Source: a virus (Duplodnaviria; Caudoviricetes). From it: a stretch of 42,962 bases of DNA. The notes under the pieces were generated by a model. It was not told where the DNA came from and searched no databases. It was given only the letters and a program-made list of their open reading frames with translations. The stretch is taken from positions 1 through 42,962 of IMG/VR virus record IMGVR_UViG_3300017589_000041; one strand, 5' to 3'. Made by a program: the position numbers and the translations under genes. This document shows, in pieces, positions 16,182-25,844 of this stretch (its first letter is position 1; each line of letters begins with the position of its first letter).

Positions 16182-16961
16182 ATGAAGATAATTGCAATAA
16201 TGAATCCAAAAGGTGGAATAGGTAAAACAATCACAGCTTCTTCCATTGGTTACATATTAGGCGAAGAGCACAATAAAAAGATATTAATGATAGATGGAGA
16301 TCAGCAAGGGAACCTTTCAAAATTGTTCAGTAGATATGAGCCAGAAGGAATAGGAATGTCAGAACTGTTAGAACATCATGTAGAGCATGGTGGAGAATAT
16401 CATACTAACGATTTAATTAAGACAACACCATATAGCCACGTAGATATTATTCCTTCAAATGGCTACCTCATGAGAACAAACATGAATTTACTGCTTGACC
16501 GAACAGAAAACCAAATTACAAGGTTTTCTGTGGCCATGGAAGAAATCAAAGATATATACGACTATGTGATATGTGACTGCGGCTTAATATTAGATATGAC
16601 AGTTACAAATATCATCCTTGCCTCTGGTTTAGTCATTGCCCCAGTAAAAGTAGGAGGATTCGAGATAGATGCTCTGGAAAACTTAATAGAACAGATTGAG
16701 GATTTAAAGCAGATAACCCCTGAATTAAGAGTAAAAGCACTTATGACTATGAGACAGAAAAACAAAGTATCTTTGCAGGTAGAGGAATGGCTAAAGGACG
16801 ATTCTGGTTATGATGCATTTATTACACCAATCAGAAGATCAATTGTAGTAGAAAAGTCTACCACAGGATTTGTGCCTCTTCCAAAGTTCTCAAAGAATTG
16901 TATTGCATCCCAAGACTATAGGAACGTTGTACATGAACTATTAAGAGAAACGGAGGGTTAA
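16182..16961 (+). CDS. parA: ParA family ATPase
   Basis: deviant Walker A KGGIGKT, IDGDQQGN, YDYVICD. Confidence 0.93.
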   Translation: MKIIAIMNPKGGIGKTITASSIGYILGEEHNKKILMIDGDQQGNLSKLFSRYEPEGIGMSELLEHHVEHGGEYHTNDLIKTTPYSHVDIIPSNGYLMRTNMNLLLDRTENQITRFSVAMEEIKDIYDYVICDCGLILDMTVTNIILASGLVIAPVKVGGFEIDALENLIEQIEDLKQITPELRVKALMTMRQKNKVSLQVEEWLKDDSGYDAFITPIRRSIVVEKSTTGFVPLPKFSKNCIASQDYRNVVHELLRETEG

Positions 16962-16963
16962 CC

Positions 16964-18274
16964 ATGGCAGCAGGATTTAGTGTATTAGATAGCTTAAACA
17001 GAAACAGCAAAGCCGGAGTAGATGAATCGCCAAAGGCAAGATTTAGAACAAAGGATATAAGCGTATTCAAGATGTATCGGAATGAATCAAATTTCTATGA
17101 AATCAATGATATTGAAGAACTAGCAGCTAAAATATTAATGACCGGATTAATGGAAAACATGGCAATCGTATATGATCCTTCTGATAAAGGAGAATATCGA
17201 ATCATATCAGGTGAGCGAAGATGGGAAGGTTTAAAACTTCTTGTATCACGAGGATATACAGAATTCGAAATAGCTACGTGTCAGATTCGGACACTGGTTG
17301 AAAAATCAGAAGAAGAAATAGAAATCATTATAAGTAATTCACAGAGAGTCAAATCAATACAGGATATGCTAGAAGAGGAAAAGCGATTGAAAGCCAATCT
17401 TGAACACATGAAAGAAACTGGAATGACAATCAAAGGGTATGACCTTTCAAAAGGCAGATTAAGAGACATTATAGCTGACATGCTTCAGATAAGCAAAACA
17501 AAGGTAGCTCTAATTGAAAATATCAACAATAATTTGATTCCGGAATTTAAGGAAGAACTTAAAGCAGACCGACTTACCTTTTCAGCTGCGAATGAGATAT
17601 CCGGCATGACTGAGGAAAAGCAGAATGAAGTATACGAGAAATATAGAGATACTGGAAGTATTACGCTTAAAGAAGTCAAAGAAATAAAACAAGTGGAAGC
17701 AGAGCAGCAGGAGGAGGACGAACCTGAACAGGAAGAGAACCAGGAAGAAGAACAGGTAGAAAGTCATATAGAAGACCAAGAGGTTCAAAAGGTATTTAAT
17801 CCTACACCAGAGGTTATAACATCTAAATGCTATTCCTGTGAAAACTGGGATATATGCTCTGAAAAAGGTCCTACAGTTACATACTGCAAAGATTTAGTAC
17901 TTAGAATCAGTAATACAATATCTGACCGGGCAGCAGAGGATGAGGCGAATGCAATTGAGAAAACAAGCCAATCACAGCCAATCAAGGAAGAGATAAAAGA
18001 GACAATTACAGAAGAAAAAAGCCACTCAGATACTAAAGTACATAATATTAAAATCGCTAGTATGTATTTTGAAGAAGTATTAAGTGGAATTAAGCCTTTT
18101 GAGTTAAGAAAGAATGATAGTGACTATAAAATTGGTGATAGGCTCAATATGGCAGAATACGCAGAAGGAACGCAAACCGGAAGATTTGTTAAGGCCGTGA
18201 TAACATGCATGCTCCAAGACTACACAGGGATTACAGATGGTTACTGTATTCTTGGAATAGAGGTAATAAAGTAA
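16964..18274 (+). CDS. parB: ParB-like protein with C-terminal ASCH/DUF3850-like domain
   Basis: YRIISGERR arginine patch and HTH; C-terminal HNIKI..YFEEVLSGIKPFELRKNDSDYKIGD. Confidence 0.85.
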   Translation: MAAGFSVLDSLNRNSKAGVDESPKARFRTKDISVFKMYRNESNFYEINDIEELAAKILMTGLMENMAIVYDPSDKGEYRIISGERRWEGLKLLVSRGYTEFEIATCQIRTLVEKSEEEIEIIISNSQRVKSIQDMLEEEKRLKANLEHMKETGMTIKGYDLSKGRLRDIIADMLQISKTKVALIENINNNLIPEFKEELKADRLTFSAANEISGMTEEKQNEVYEKYRDTGSITLKEVKEIKQVEAEQQEEDEPEQEENQEEEQVESHIEDQEVQKVFNPTPEVITSKCYSCENWDICSEKGPTVTYCKDLVLRISNTISDRAAEDEANAIEKTSQSQPIKEEIKETITEEKSHSDTKVHNIKIASMYFEEVLSGIKPFELRKNDSDYKIGDRLNMAEYAEGTQTGRFVKAVITCMLQDYTGITDGYCILGIEVIK

Positions 18275-18302
18275 ATTGTGATTTAGGAAGGTGGGCACTT
18301 AC

Positions 18303-18608
18303 ATGACAGGAGAAAATTTGATAATAGCAAATGAAATAATGCAAATAATTACTACTCTAGAAAAAGAAATTAGAACATTGTCTGACATGGAATATAACAC
18401 TAGAAAAAAGAAAGAGTGTACTCACAGGGTATGTTTAAAGAAATTATTTAAAAAGCCTATAGAAAAGACCGTTTATAATTATTGGAGTTCTCAGGATTTA
18501 GACAGCATAAATAGTATTATTTTATTTGATGCAGATGAAGTAAAGGTATTGATAGATTTCAAACAAAAAAAGGTTGAAAGACTAAAAAGAGAACTTCAAG
18601 AATTGTAA
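18303..18608 (+). CDS. hypothetical protein
   Basis: open frame; start chosen from SD spacing. Confidence 0.65.
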   Translation: MTGENLIIANEIMQIITTLEKEIRTLSDMEYNTRKKKECTHRVCLKKLFKKPIEKTVYNYWSSQDLDSINSIILFDADEVKVLIDFKQKKVERLKRELQEL

Positions 18609-18647
18609 TTAAACAAATTTATAATTTAGTGCAACAACAGAGAGGAC

Positions 18648-19607
18648 GTGAAACAGATGATATTACACGGTGATTGCTTAGAAAAACTCAAAGAATTACA
18701 GGATCAATCTATAAACTGCTGTGTAACTTCTCCTCCATATTACGGACTTAGGGATTACGGAGTTGATGGACAGATAGGTTTAGAGGAAACACCAGAAGAA
18801 TACATAGAAAAACTTGTGAGTGTGATGCGTGAAGTTAAACGAACCCTTGCAGACACCGGAACTCTTTGGCTAAATATCGGAGATAGTTATGCAGGATCCG
18901 GAAAAGGTGCAGCACACTACCCGGACAATGTGAAAGCCTTTAAGCAGGCAACGAATAAGGGCACTGTAGATAAGAAACATATGCCGGGAGCATATGTCGG
19001 TAATGGAATTAAGGCAAAAGATTTAATAGGAATTCCTTGGATGCTAGCATTTGCTTTGCGAGCTGATGGTTGGTATTTGAGACAGGATATTATCTGGAAC
19101 AAGCCTAATCCGATGCCAGAGAGTGTGACGGACAGATGTACCAAGTCCCATGAATATATTTTTTTACTCAGTAAATCACCGCATTATTATTATGATTACG
19201 AGGCAATAAAAGAACCAACGGTTTACCCTGTAGGATCTCGAGTTGATAAGAAAAGAGGAGAATTTAAAGGAAAATATCATGTACACGAGGAATTTAAGCA
19301 TATTTCCGATAGCTTCAGAGCAATTAGAGATACCAGGAATAAAAGAGATGTATGGACAGTATCTACAAAACCATATCGAGGTGCACATTTTGCAACATTT
19401 CCAAAAGAATTAATTGAGCCATGTATATTAGCAGGATGTCCAATAGGTGGAACCGTTTTAGATTGCTTCTTCGGTAGCGGAACGGTAGGAGAAGTTGCAA
19501 TTGAAAACCAACGAAATTATATCGGTATTGAGCTTAATAAGAAATACTGCGATCTAGCCAGAAACAGAATTAACAATACGCAAATCAAAATAGAATTGGT
19601 ACGCTAA
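18648..19607 (+). CDS. orphan N4-C/N6-A DNA methyltransferase (beta motif order)
   Basis: TSPPY near N-terminus, HFATFP, DCFFGSGT near C-terminus; no adjacent endonuclease. Confidence 0.93.
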   Translation: MKQMILHGDCLEKLKELQDQSINCCVTSPPYYGLRDYGVDGQIGLEETPEEYIEKLVSVMREVKRTLADTGTLWLNIGDSYAGSGKGAAHYPDNVKAFKQATNKGTVDKKHMPGAYVGNGIKAKDLIGIPWMLAFALRADGWYLRQDIIWNKPNPMPESVTDRCTKSHEYIFLLSKSPHYYYDYEAIKEPTVYPVGSRVDKKRGEFKGKYHVHEEFKHISDSFRAIRDTRNKRDVWTVSTKPYRGAHFATFPKELIEPCILAGCPIGGTVLDCFFGSGTVGEVAIENQRNYIGIELNKKYCDLARNRINNTQIKIELVR

Positions 19608-19638
19608 ACTAAAATTAATATTTAAGAGAGGTGAAAAA

Positions 19639-19883
19639 ATGAAAAGATTTTTTGAAAAGATATATGTAACTTTAAAGCTAATTCAAATAGCAAAGCAAAA
19701 TGAAAAACGTAATAAGTTTTACAAGCTCTTCCTGTGTCTGCAATCATAGCATCAATCGAAATACAAATCGGAATATTAAGAAGCAGAGGAATTGAAATAA
19801 AAGACTGGGATAATAAGAAAAGAGCTCTGAGTCAGATCAGGATGATAGGTGGTAAAGCATATTTCTTAGCAGCAGAGGAGTAG
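19639..19883 (+). pseudogene. probable frameshifted small gene
   Basis: GAGGTG SD and ATG 19639 frame stops at 19749; -1 frame is open 19716-19883 and ends just before the next gene. Confidence 0.5.
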
Positions 19884-19888
19884 ATGGG

Positions 19889-20425
19889 ATGGAGAGTACA
19901 TTAATCAAAAAGGAAGAACTGACAGATAAATTACGAAAGCTAGAGGATGATAAGATAATTCTTAAGAGATACCTCAGTCAATATTACATATGCAAAAAGA
20001 AGAAATCGTTGCTAGAGAGAAGACTGAAGGAAGTCAATATAGAACTGAAACAACCAATTGGTGGAGTTGGTTATAGCCAGGTGCCAAGGTCACAAACTAA
20101 CGCAGTTAGTTTAGGGTCAGCAAGCATCATCTTTCGTATAGCAGAGATTGAAGAGCGCATAGCAAACCAAAAGGATATCGTTAGTATGGCAATGCTTAAG
20201 ACTATGGACATCATGGACTTCCTGCCTGAGACATCTACAGAGAGAATGATATTGGAACTAAGACACATAGATTGTGTGTCGTGGGAGCAGGTCGTTAAGG
20301 ATACAAGCTTAACACGAACACCATGCAATAACTATTACAACAAGGGAATTGATAAGCTAATGGAATATAAGAAGGTAAGAAGGATAATAGACACCTACAA
20401 GAAGACGCTAGAAGACGATGAATAG
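19889..20425 (+). CDS. RinA/ArpU-like late transcription activator
   Basis: YLSQY N-terminus, coiled coil, ERMILELRHID..SWEQV sigma4-like HTH; last gene before the packaging module. Confidence 0.8.
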   Translation: MESTLIKKEELTDKLRKLEDDKIILKRYLSQYYICKKKKSLLERRLKEVNIELKQPIGGVGYSQVPRSQTNAVSLGSASIIFRIAEIEERIANQKDIVSMAMLKTMDIMDFLPETSTERMILELRHIDCVSWEQVVKDTSLTRTPCNNYYNKGIDKLMEYKKVRRIIDTYKKTLEDDE

Positions 20426-20693
20426 AGAGAACATAAGAACTAGCAGGGAAGGCAAGGGGTGAAGAGACAAAGCAATCCACATGAGTATAAGCATACGCTA
20501 AGAATAAGGGCACCAAGACAACACAGAGATACGATTGGTAATATAAAGCTGGAAAGATTACTGACAAATAATATAGGCAATCATTACGAGACATACACTC
20601 TTGATATATCTTAAGACATGATCAACCTATGAGTACTTAGTAAGAAGGCTATTGATACACTCACATGCAATACATACGAAAGAAAAGTAAAAG

Positions 20694-20726
20694 AGTACAT
20701 TAAAGTACATTGTAATGTGTTAAAGT
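20694..20726 (+). promoter_or_regulatory. putative activator-dependent late promoter
   Basis: AGTACATT direct repeats at 20694 and 20704 in place of a -35, then TG-T-TAAAGT. Confidence 0.5.
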
Positions 20727-20770
20727 GATAACATGAAAGAACAAGAGCAGTAGACCATAGCTAATAGCAG

Positions 20771-20809
20771 AGAGCATCGTGCATAAAACATGTGTATGAT
20801 GCTCTTTTT
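20771..20809 (+). terminator. hairpin plus T-run in the late leader
   Basis: AGAGCATC...GATGCTCT-TTTT. Confidence 0.55.
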
Positions 20810-20840
20810 GTGTCAAAAAAGGGCATATGTGGACATGCCA

Positions 20841-20906
20841 AGGTACTACCCAGGGAAAATATTTCATGCGGGGCGGGGAACGCTCGGGATTTCCCTTTAT
20901 ATAAAA
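20841..20906 (+). other. putative cos packaging site (cosQ-like AGGTACT, cosN-like GGGCGGGGAACG)
   Basis: GC island upstream of terminase; similarity and spacing match lambda cos as recalled. Confidence 0.75.
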
Positions 20907-21012
20907 TAAAAATTGAAGGTACTTCCTTCCTCTTTTTGGTTCTTCGAGAGGTACAAAACTACACAAAACAAATGTTCTGTTTTGCGTATGAAAATGATTG
21001 AGGTGAAGACCA

Positions 21013-21558
21013 ATGATTGTAAACCAGAAACAACTTGCAAATACGCTTGGAATAACGAGTCGGCGAGTTCGGCAACTTCGCGAAGAAGGCTTTTTTAACT
21101 ATGCTGAAAATAACCGTGGATATAGCCTTGAAAAGTGTGTTCAAGAGTACATCGAATATAAAGTAAAAGCGGAAACGAAACAAGGTACATCGATAGACAA
21201 AGAACGGGAACAGGCAGAGCATGAAAGAATCAAGAAAAAGATATCAGAATTGAAACTTCGTAAAATGAAAAAAGAACTTCATGAGGCAGCAGATGTTGAA
21301 CTGTTCTTAAGTGAAATGTTAATGAATTTTAAGAACAGATTGTTATCAATACCAAATAAAGTAGCAGTTCAAGTCTTAGGAGAATCTGATATTAACCGAA
21401 TAATAAAATTATTGTCAGATGAACTGATTGAAACATTGGAGGAATTATCAGAATACGATCCAGATGCAATCAATGGTGAAACACCATCAGAATATGATGA
21501 AGATACATCGGATGAAGAGGAAGACGCAGAAGATCCGGAAAATGATGTGGAGGAATGA
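21013..21558 (+). CDS. terminase small subunit (Nu1-like)
   Basis: VNQKQLANTLGITSRRVRQL wHTH, coiled coil; upstream of GpA. Confidence 0.88.
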   Translation: MIVNQKQLANTLGITSRRVRQLREEGFFNYAENNRGYSLEKCVQEYIEYKVKAETKQGTSIDKEREQAEHERIKKKISELKLRKMKKELHEAADVELFLSEMLMNFKNRLLSIPNKVAVQVLGESDINRIIKLLSDELIETLEELSEYDPDAINGETPSEYDEDTSDEEEDAEDPENDVEE

Positions 21559-21579
21559 TAATGTAAAGTAGGTGGTCAG

Positions 21580-23436
21580 GTGAGCAATGAAAGATTAAGG
21601 GCAAGGGGAAAAACAGCCAACTTATTTCGAAGGACATTAAAAAGAAATTTATCTAAGCCTGAGCAACTGACGGTAAGCCAATGGGCTGAAAAGTATCGCA
21701 TACTTGATGAAACGAGTAGTTTACCAGGTAAGTGGTCAAATGCTGTAACTCCATATCTGGTTGAAATCATGGATAGTTTTAATGATCCATACATTGAACA
21801 TATTAATTTCTGTAAACCAACTCAAGTTGGTGGTACCGAAGCACTCATTAATATGATTGGATGGATCGTAGCTCAAAACCCATCACCTACAATGATTGTC
21901 TATCCTACTGATGATTTGGCAAAAGACATATCAAATGACAAATTGCAACCGGCATTTACAAAAAGTCCGACTCTAAGAGAAAGGTTTTATAAGAATTCAT
22001 CCAAAGAACTGAACTTAAAGTTTCGAGGAATGAGCTTATACTTACGAGGTGGAAATTCTCCAAGTAAATTGGCATCAAAAGCAATTAAATATTTAATGTT
22101 TGATGAAATAGACAAAATGGGAGGTGCTTCAAAAAAAGAGGCATCGGCTTATTCCTTGGCAACAGAAAGAACGAAAACATTTAAATATTCTAAAAAGATC
22201 TACACCTGTTCAACACCTACTCTGAAAAATAATTATATATGGAAATTGCATGAGGCAGCAGATGAGAAAAGACATTACTTTGTCCCATGTCCACATTGTG
22301 GAGAGTATATTGAACTAAAATGGAAACAGGTCATATTTGATGAAGATGATAAAAAGGAAATGAGTATAAAGGATAGAGCTGCAACCGCAATCTATGTATG
22401 CCAAGAATGTGCTTGTAGCATAGAAGACAGATTAAAACCCGCCATGCTAAGAAAAGGAGAGTGGAGAGATGTAAAAGGTACCTGTATTGGTAAACCCAAA
22501 AGTGTGTCGTTCTGGATTAATTCACTTTATAGTATTTTTGTAAACTGGTCTGATGCTGTAAAGGCATTTTTAGAATCAAAAGATGATACTGATGCGTTAC
22601 AAAACTTTATAAACTCTTGGCTTGCCGAACCTTGGGAAGATAGTAAATTAAAAACATCTGAAGAACTTGTTTTAGAAAGACAGACTGAAGATGAAGAATT
22701 TGTTGTACCAGAATGGGCGAAGATGCTCACTGGTGGAGTAGACGTTCAAGAAAATTGTCTGTACTGGATCATTCGTGCATGGGGAGATTTTATAACAAGT
22801 CAAAACATATGCCATGGGCAAGCTTTTTCTTTTGAAGATGTAGAAAAGATTATGAATTTGGAATATCAAAAACTGAGTGGAGAAAAGTTAGTCGTAGATC
22901 TGGCATTAATTGATTCTGGAAATAATGCAGATGAAGTATATGATTTTTGTGCAAATAATTCAGACTGGGCAACTCCTTGCAAAGGCTCATCCAATCCTAT
23001 GTTATCACATTATAAACTTAGTAAAGTAAATAAAGAGTCATCAAAAGCCTACGGAATGAATCTGGTTCTCGTAGATGGTGGAAAGTACAAAGATATGATT
23101 GCCGGGCGTATGCAAAAAGAAAACGGAAAAGGATCCTGGATGGTGTACCAAGGTTGTGATCAAGAATATGCAAAGCAAGTTACAGCAGAGCATAAGGTTA
23201 ATGTGAAAAATGGAAACAGTGTAAGAACAGAGTGGACGCTTAAAATATCACATGCAGATAATCACTATTTAGATAGTGAAGTATATGCACTTGCTGCAGC
23301 AGATATTTGCGGAGTAAGAACTTTACATCTAAATAATATTCAAGAAGAATCAGAACTAGAAAAAAAGAAAAGTGACCAATATTCTCCAGAGGAAGATTGG
23401 ATAAGAAAAAATGAGACATGGATAAAAGGAGGATAA
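21580..23436 (+). CDS. terminase large subunit (lambda GpA family)
   Basis: TVSQWAEKYR, KPTQVGGTE, DEID, STPT, VPCPHCG, GVDVQ, NHYLDSEVY. Confidence 0.95.
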   Translation: MSNERLRARGKTANLFRRTLKRNLSKPEQLTVSQWAEKYRILDETSSLPGKWSNAVTPYLVEIMDSFNDPYIEHINFCKPTQVGGTEALINMIGWIVAQNPSPTMIVYPTDDLAKDISNDKLQPAFTKSPTLRERFYKNSSKELNLKFRGMSLYLRGGNSPSKLASKAIKYLMFDEIDKMGGASKKEASAYSLATERTKTFKYSKKIYTCSTPTLKNNYIWKLHEAADEKRHYFVPCPHCGEYIELKWKQVIFDEDDKKEMSIKDRAATAIYVCQECACSIEDRLKPAMLRKGEWRDVKGTCIGKPKSVSFWINSLYSIFVNWSDAVKAFLESKDDTDALQNFINSWLAEPWEDSKLKTSEELVLERQTEDEEFVVPEWAKMLTGGVDVQENCLYWIIRAWGDFITSQNICHGQAFSFEDVEKIMNLEYQKLSGEKLVVDLALIDSGNNADEVYDFCANNSDWATPCKGSSNPMLSHYKLSKVNKESSKAYGMNLVLVDGGKYKDMIAGRMQKENGKGSWMVYQGCDQEYAKQVTAEHKVNVKNGNSVRTEWTLKISHADNHYLDSEVYALAAADICGVRTLHLNNIQEESELEKKKSDQYSPEEDWIRKNETWIKGG

Positions 23437-23439
23437 ACA

Positions 23440-23664
23440 ATGAATGATGTATTGACGGTCAAAGAAATGCTTGGGGAAGTCAATAATGCAATTTATGCAG
23501 TTTTAGTTGGTGGTCAATCATATCAGATCGGATCTAGAAAAATGACACGTGCAGACCTAAAGTTACTAAATGAAATGAAAAACGATCTTACAGCACAAGT
23601 TGCATCATTTGAAGAAAGTAATTTAATTGCTGACACCACGGTAGCGATATTTAGCGGGAGGTGA
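23440..23664 (+). CDS. head-tail joining protein (gpW-like)
   Basis: GGQSYQIGSRKMTRADL; between terminase and portal. Confidence 0.75.
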   Translation: MNDVLTVKEMLGEVNNAIYAVLVGGQSYQIGSRKMTRADLKLLNEMKNDLTAQVASFEESNLIADTTVAIFSGR

Positions 23665-23668
23665 TTCA

Positions 23669-25216
23669 TTGAGTTGGTTAGATAATTTAATAGGATTTGT
23701 ATCCCCGGAAAGGGGTGCAAAAAGAGAAGCATGGAGACAAAATTTAGAAGAATTAAGAAGTTACGATGCTGGAAGTAGCGACAGGAGTAATGCCAATTGG
23801 AGAGTGACAAATCAATCTGCAGAGTTTACAGACAGATTCAGCCGTGACAATGTTCGAGCTAGGGCGAGAGATTTAGAAAGAAACTCCGATATGATGAATT
23901 CCGTAACCGGAGCTTATAAAAGAAATGTAGTTGGTGGAGGATATGCATTGCAAGTAAAGACACCAGATGAAGTACTCAATAAAGAAATTGAGAAGCAATG
24001 GAAAAGATGGTGTAAAAAGAAGAATTGTGATGTAACTGGAACGCAAAGCTTTAATCAAATGCTAAGAATGGCTGTAGAAAGAAAAAAAGTAGATGGAGGA
24101 ATGCTATTCATTAAGCGATATACCGATGGTGGCATAGTTCCTTTTAAAATACAGGCAATCGAAGTAGATGAATTGGATATCAGTCAAATGACACCAAAAG
24201 AAGTAACAAACCGAGTAGTCGGAGGTATTGAATACAGTAGTTACAATAAACCAATGGGTTACTGGATTAAGCGATATAGCATTGATGGATATACGATGGA
24301 GAATCCAATCTACATTGAAGCAAAAGATGTAATCTTCTATTTTTCAAAGAAAAGACCATCACAAATCAGAGAAATGTCGGACATGTCGCCAACCATAACA
24401 AGGATTCGTGATGCAAATGAATTCATGGTTGCTGTATCAGTAAAAGAAAGAATAGCAGCTTGTCTTTCTGTATTCATTAAGAAAACAATACCAACAACAG
24501 GTATGGGCAGGGGTAGCGAAAAAACTAATGTAAATGGAAAAATGGAATATGAAGGTAAGACGATATCACCCGGAATGATAAAAGAACTAAATGCTGGGGA
24601 CGAAATCCAAGTAGTAAATCCTACTGGACAAGCAACTGATGCAACAAGCTACATAAAACTGCAACAACGACTGGTAGGAGCAGGACAGGGAATCAGTTAT
24701 GAGGCAACATCCAGAGATATGTCTGAAACAAATTATTCCTCTGCCAGACAGGGAGCGATTGAAGACGGTCTTACCTATATTGAGGAAATAGAACTGCTAA
24801 ATGAAGTAATGGATGAAGTATATGAAACCTTTGTTATATCAGGAGTTTTAAAAGGACTCTTCATGATTGCAGACTTTTGGAATAAAAAAGATGATTACTT
24901 TGAACATGGTTGGATACAAGCTCCTAAGAAATGGATTGATCCTTACAAAGAAGCAAATGCAAATAGGATATCATTGCAAACTGGGCAAAAAACATTTAAA
25001 CAAGTAGCGGCAGAAAACGGAAGAGATTGGAAAGAACAAATTAACGAAATCTCTGAAGTTTTAGAATATGCAAAATCTATCGGTATCGATTTAGGAGGTG
25101 TAATTTTTGACAAAACAAAGGAAGAACTTTATGAAGGAGAGGAAGATCCCGAACTCGACGATGATGACGAGAACGAAGGAAAACCCAAAGATACAGGAAA
25201 ATCAAAAAATAAGTAA
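23669..25216 (+). CDS. portal protein (lambda family)
   Basis: RARARDLERN, RPSQIR, NYSSAR, WIDPYKE. Confidence 0.93.
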   Translation: MSWLDNLIGFVSPERGAKREAWRQNLEELRSYDAGSSDRSNANWRVTNQSAEFTDRFSRDNVRARARDLERNSDMMNSVTGAYKRNVVGGGYALQVKTPDEVLNKEIEKQWKRWCKKKNCDVTGTQSFNQMLRMAVERKKVDGGMLFIKRYTDGGIVPFKIQAIEVDELDISQMTPKEVTNRVVGGIEYSSYNKPMGYWIKRYSIDGYTMENPIYIEAKDVIFYFSKKRPSQIREMSDMSPTITRIRDANEFMVAVSVKERIAACLSVFIKKTIPTTGMGRGSEKTNVNGKMEYEGKTISPGMIKELNAGDEIQVVNPTGQATDATSYIKLQQRLVGAGQGISYEATSRDMSETNYSSARQGAIEDGLTYIEEIELLNEVMDEVYETFVISGVLKGLFMIADFWNKKDDYFEHGWIQAPKKWIDPYKEANANRISLQTGQKTFKQVAAENGRDWKEQINEISEVLEYAKSIGIDLGGVIFDKTKEELYEGEEDPELDDDDENEGKPKDTGKSKNK

Positions 25217-25844
25217 AGATGAGCGTAACAACCAAGAAACCCGATACTTTGAAGCATTGGCTATTAGAGCAATCGAGGGAGCAGGAAACGAAAGAAAATT
25301 TATACTTAGTTTTTCGAGTGAAGAACCCTATACAAGATGGTGGGGAACTGAAGTATTAGACCACAGCGAAGGCGCAGTGGATCTTACTCGACTAAGTGAA
25401 ATAGGATGTCTCCTGTTTAATCACAACAGAGACAAAGTAATTGGAAAAGTCAATCGAGTATGGATTGAAAATAACAGAGGATGTGCCGAGGTCGAATTTG
25501 ACACGGATGAAGAATCCGAAACAATCTATCAAAAAGTAAAGAGCGGAACACTAAAAGGCGTATCCGTAGGTTATCAGATAGATTCATGGGAAGAAGTTAT
25601 GACAAACAAAATATCAGCAGATGGTAAATTTACAGGGCCAGTTGAAATTGCTAGAAAGTGGACACCTTTTGAAATATCAATCGTAAGTGTACCAGCCGAT
25701 CCAACCGTTGGAGTCGGTAGAAAAATGGAAGAGAAGCCTCAAAAAGAGAATCAGGGAAACCAAAATCAAGACGGTATCCGGTCACTAGCTTTCTTTAAAA
25801 GGCAACTTCAAATAAATAAAAACATAATGGGAGGTAACAATTAA
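25107..25844 (+). CDS. HK97-family prohead protease
   Basis: LLFNHN, GVSVGY, EISIVSVPADP; AGGAGGTG SD before TTG 25107. Confidence 0.9.
   Translation: MTKQRKNFMKERKIPNSTMMTRTKENPKIQENQKISKDERNNQETRYFEALAIRAIEGAGNERKFILSFSSEEPYTRWWGTEVLDHSEGAVDLTRLSEIGCLLFNHNRDKVIGKVNRVWIENNRGCAEVEFDTDEESETIYQKVKSGTLKGVSVGYQIDSWEEVMTNKISADGKFTGPVEIARKWTPFEISIVSVPADPTVGVGRKMEEKPQKENQGNQNQDGIRSLAFFKRQLQINKNIMGGNN

Noticed and set aside
18648-19607. Restriction-modification system
   Set aside because: No cognate endonuclease nearby; orphan methyltransferases are common in such phages
20295-21222. Several short ORFs around the cos region
   Set aside because: No SD; they overlap the promoter, hairpin, cos and neighbouring genes
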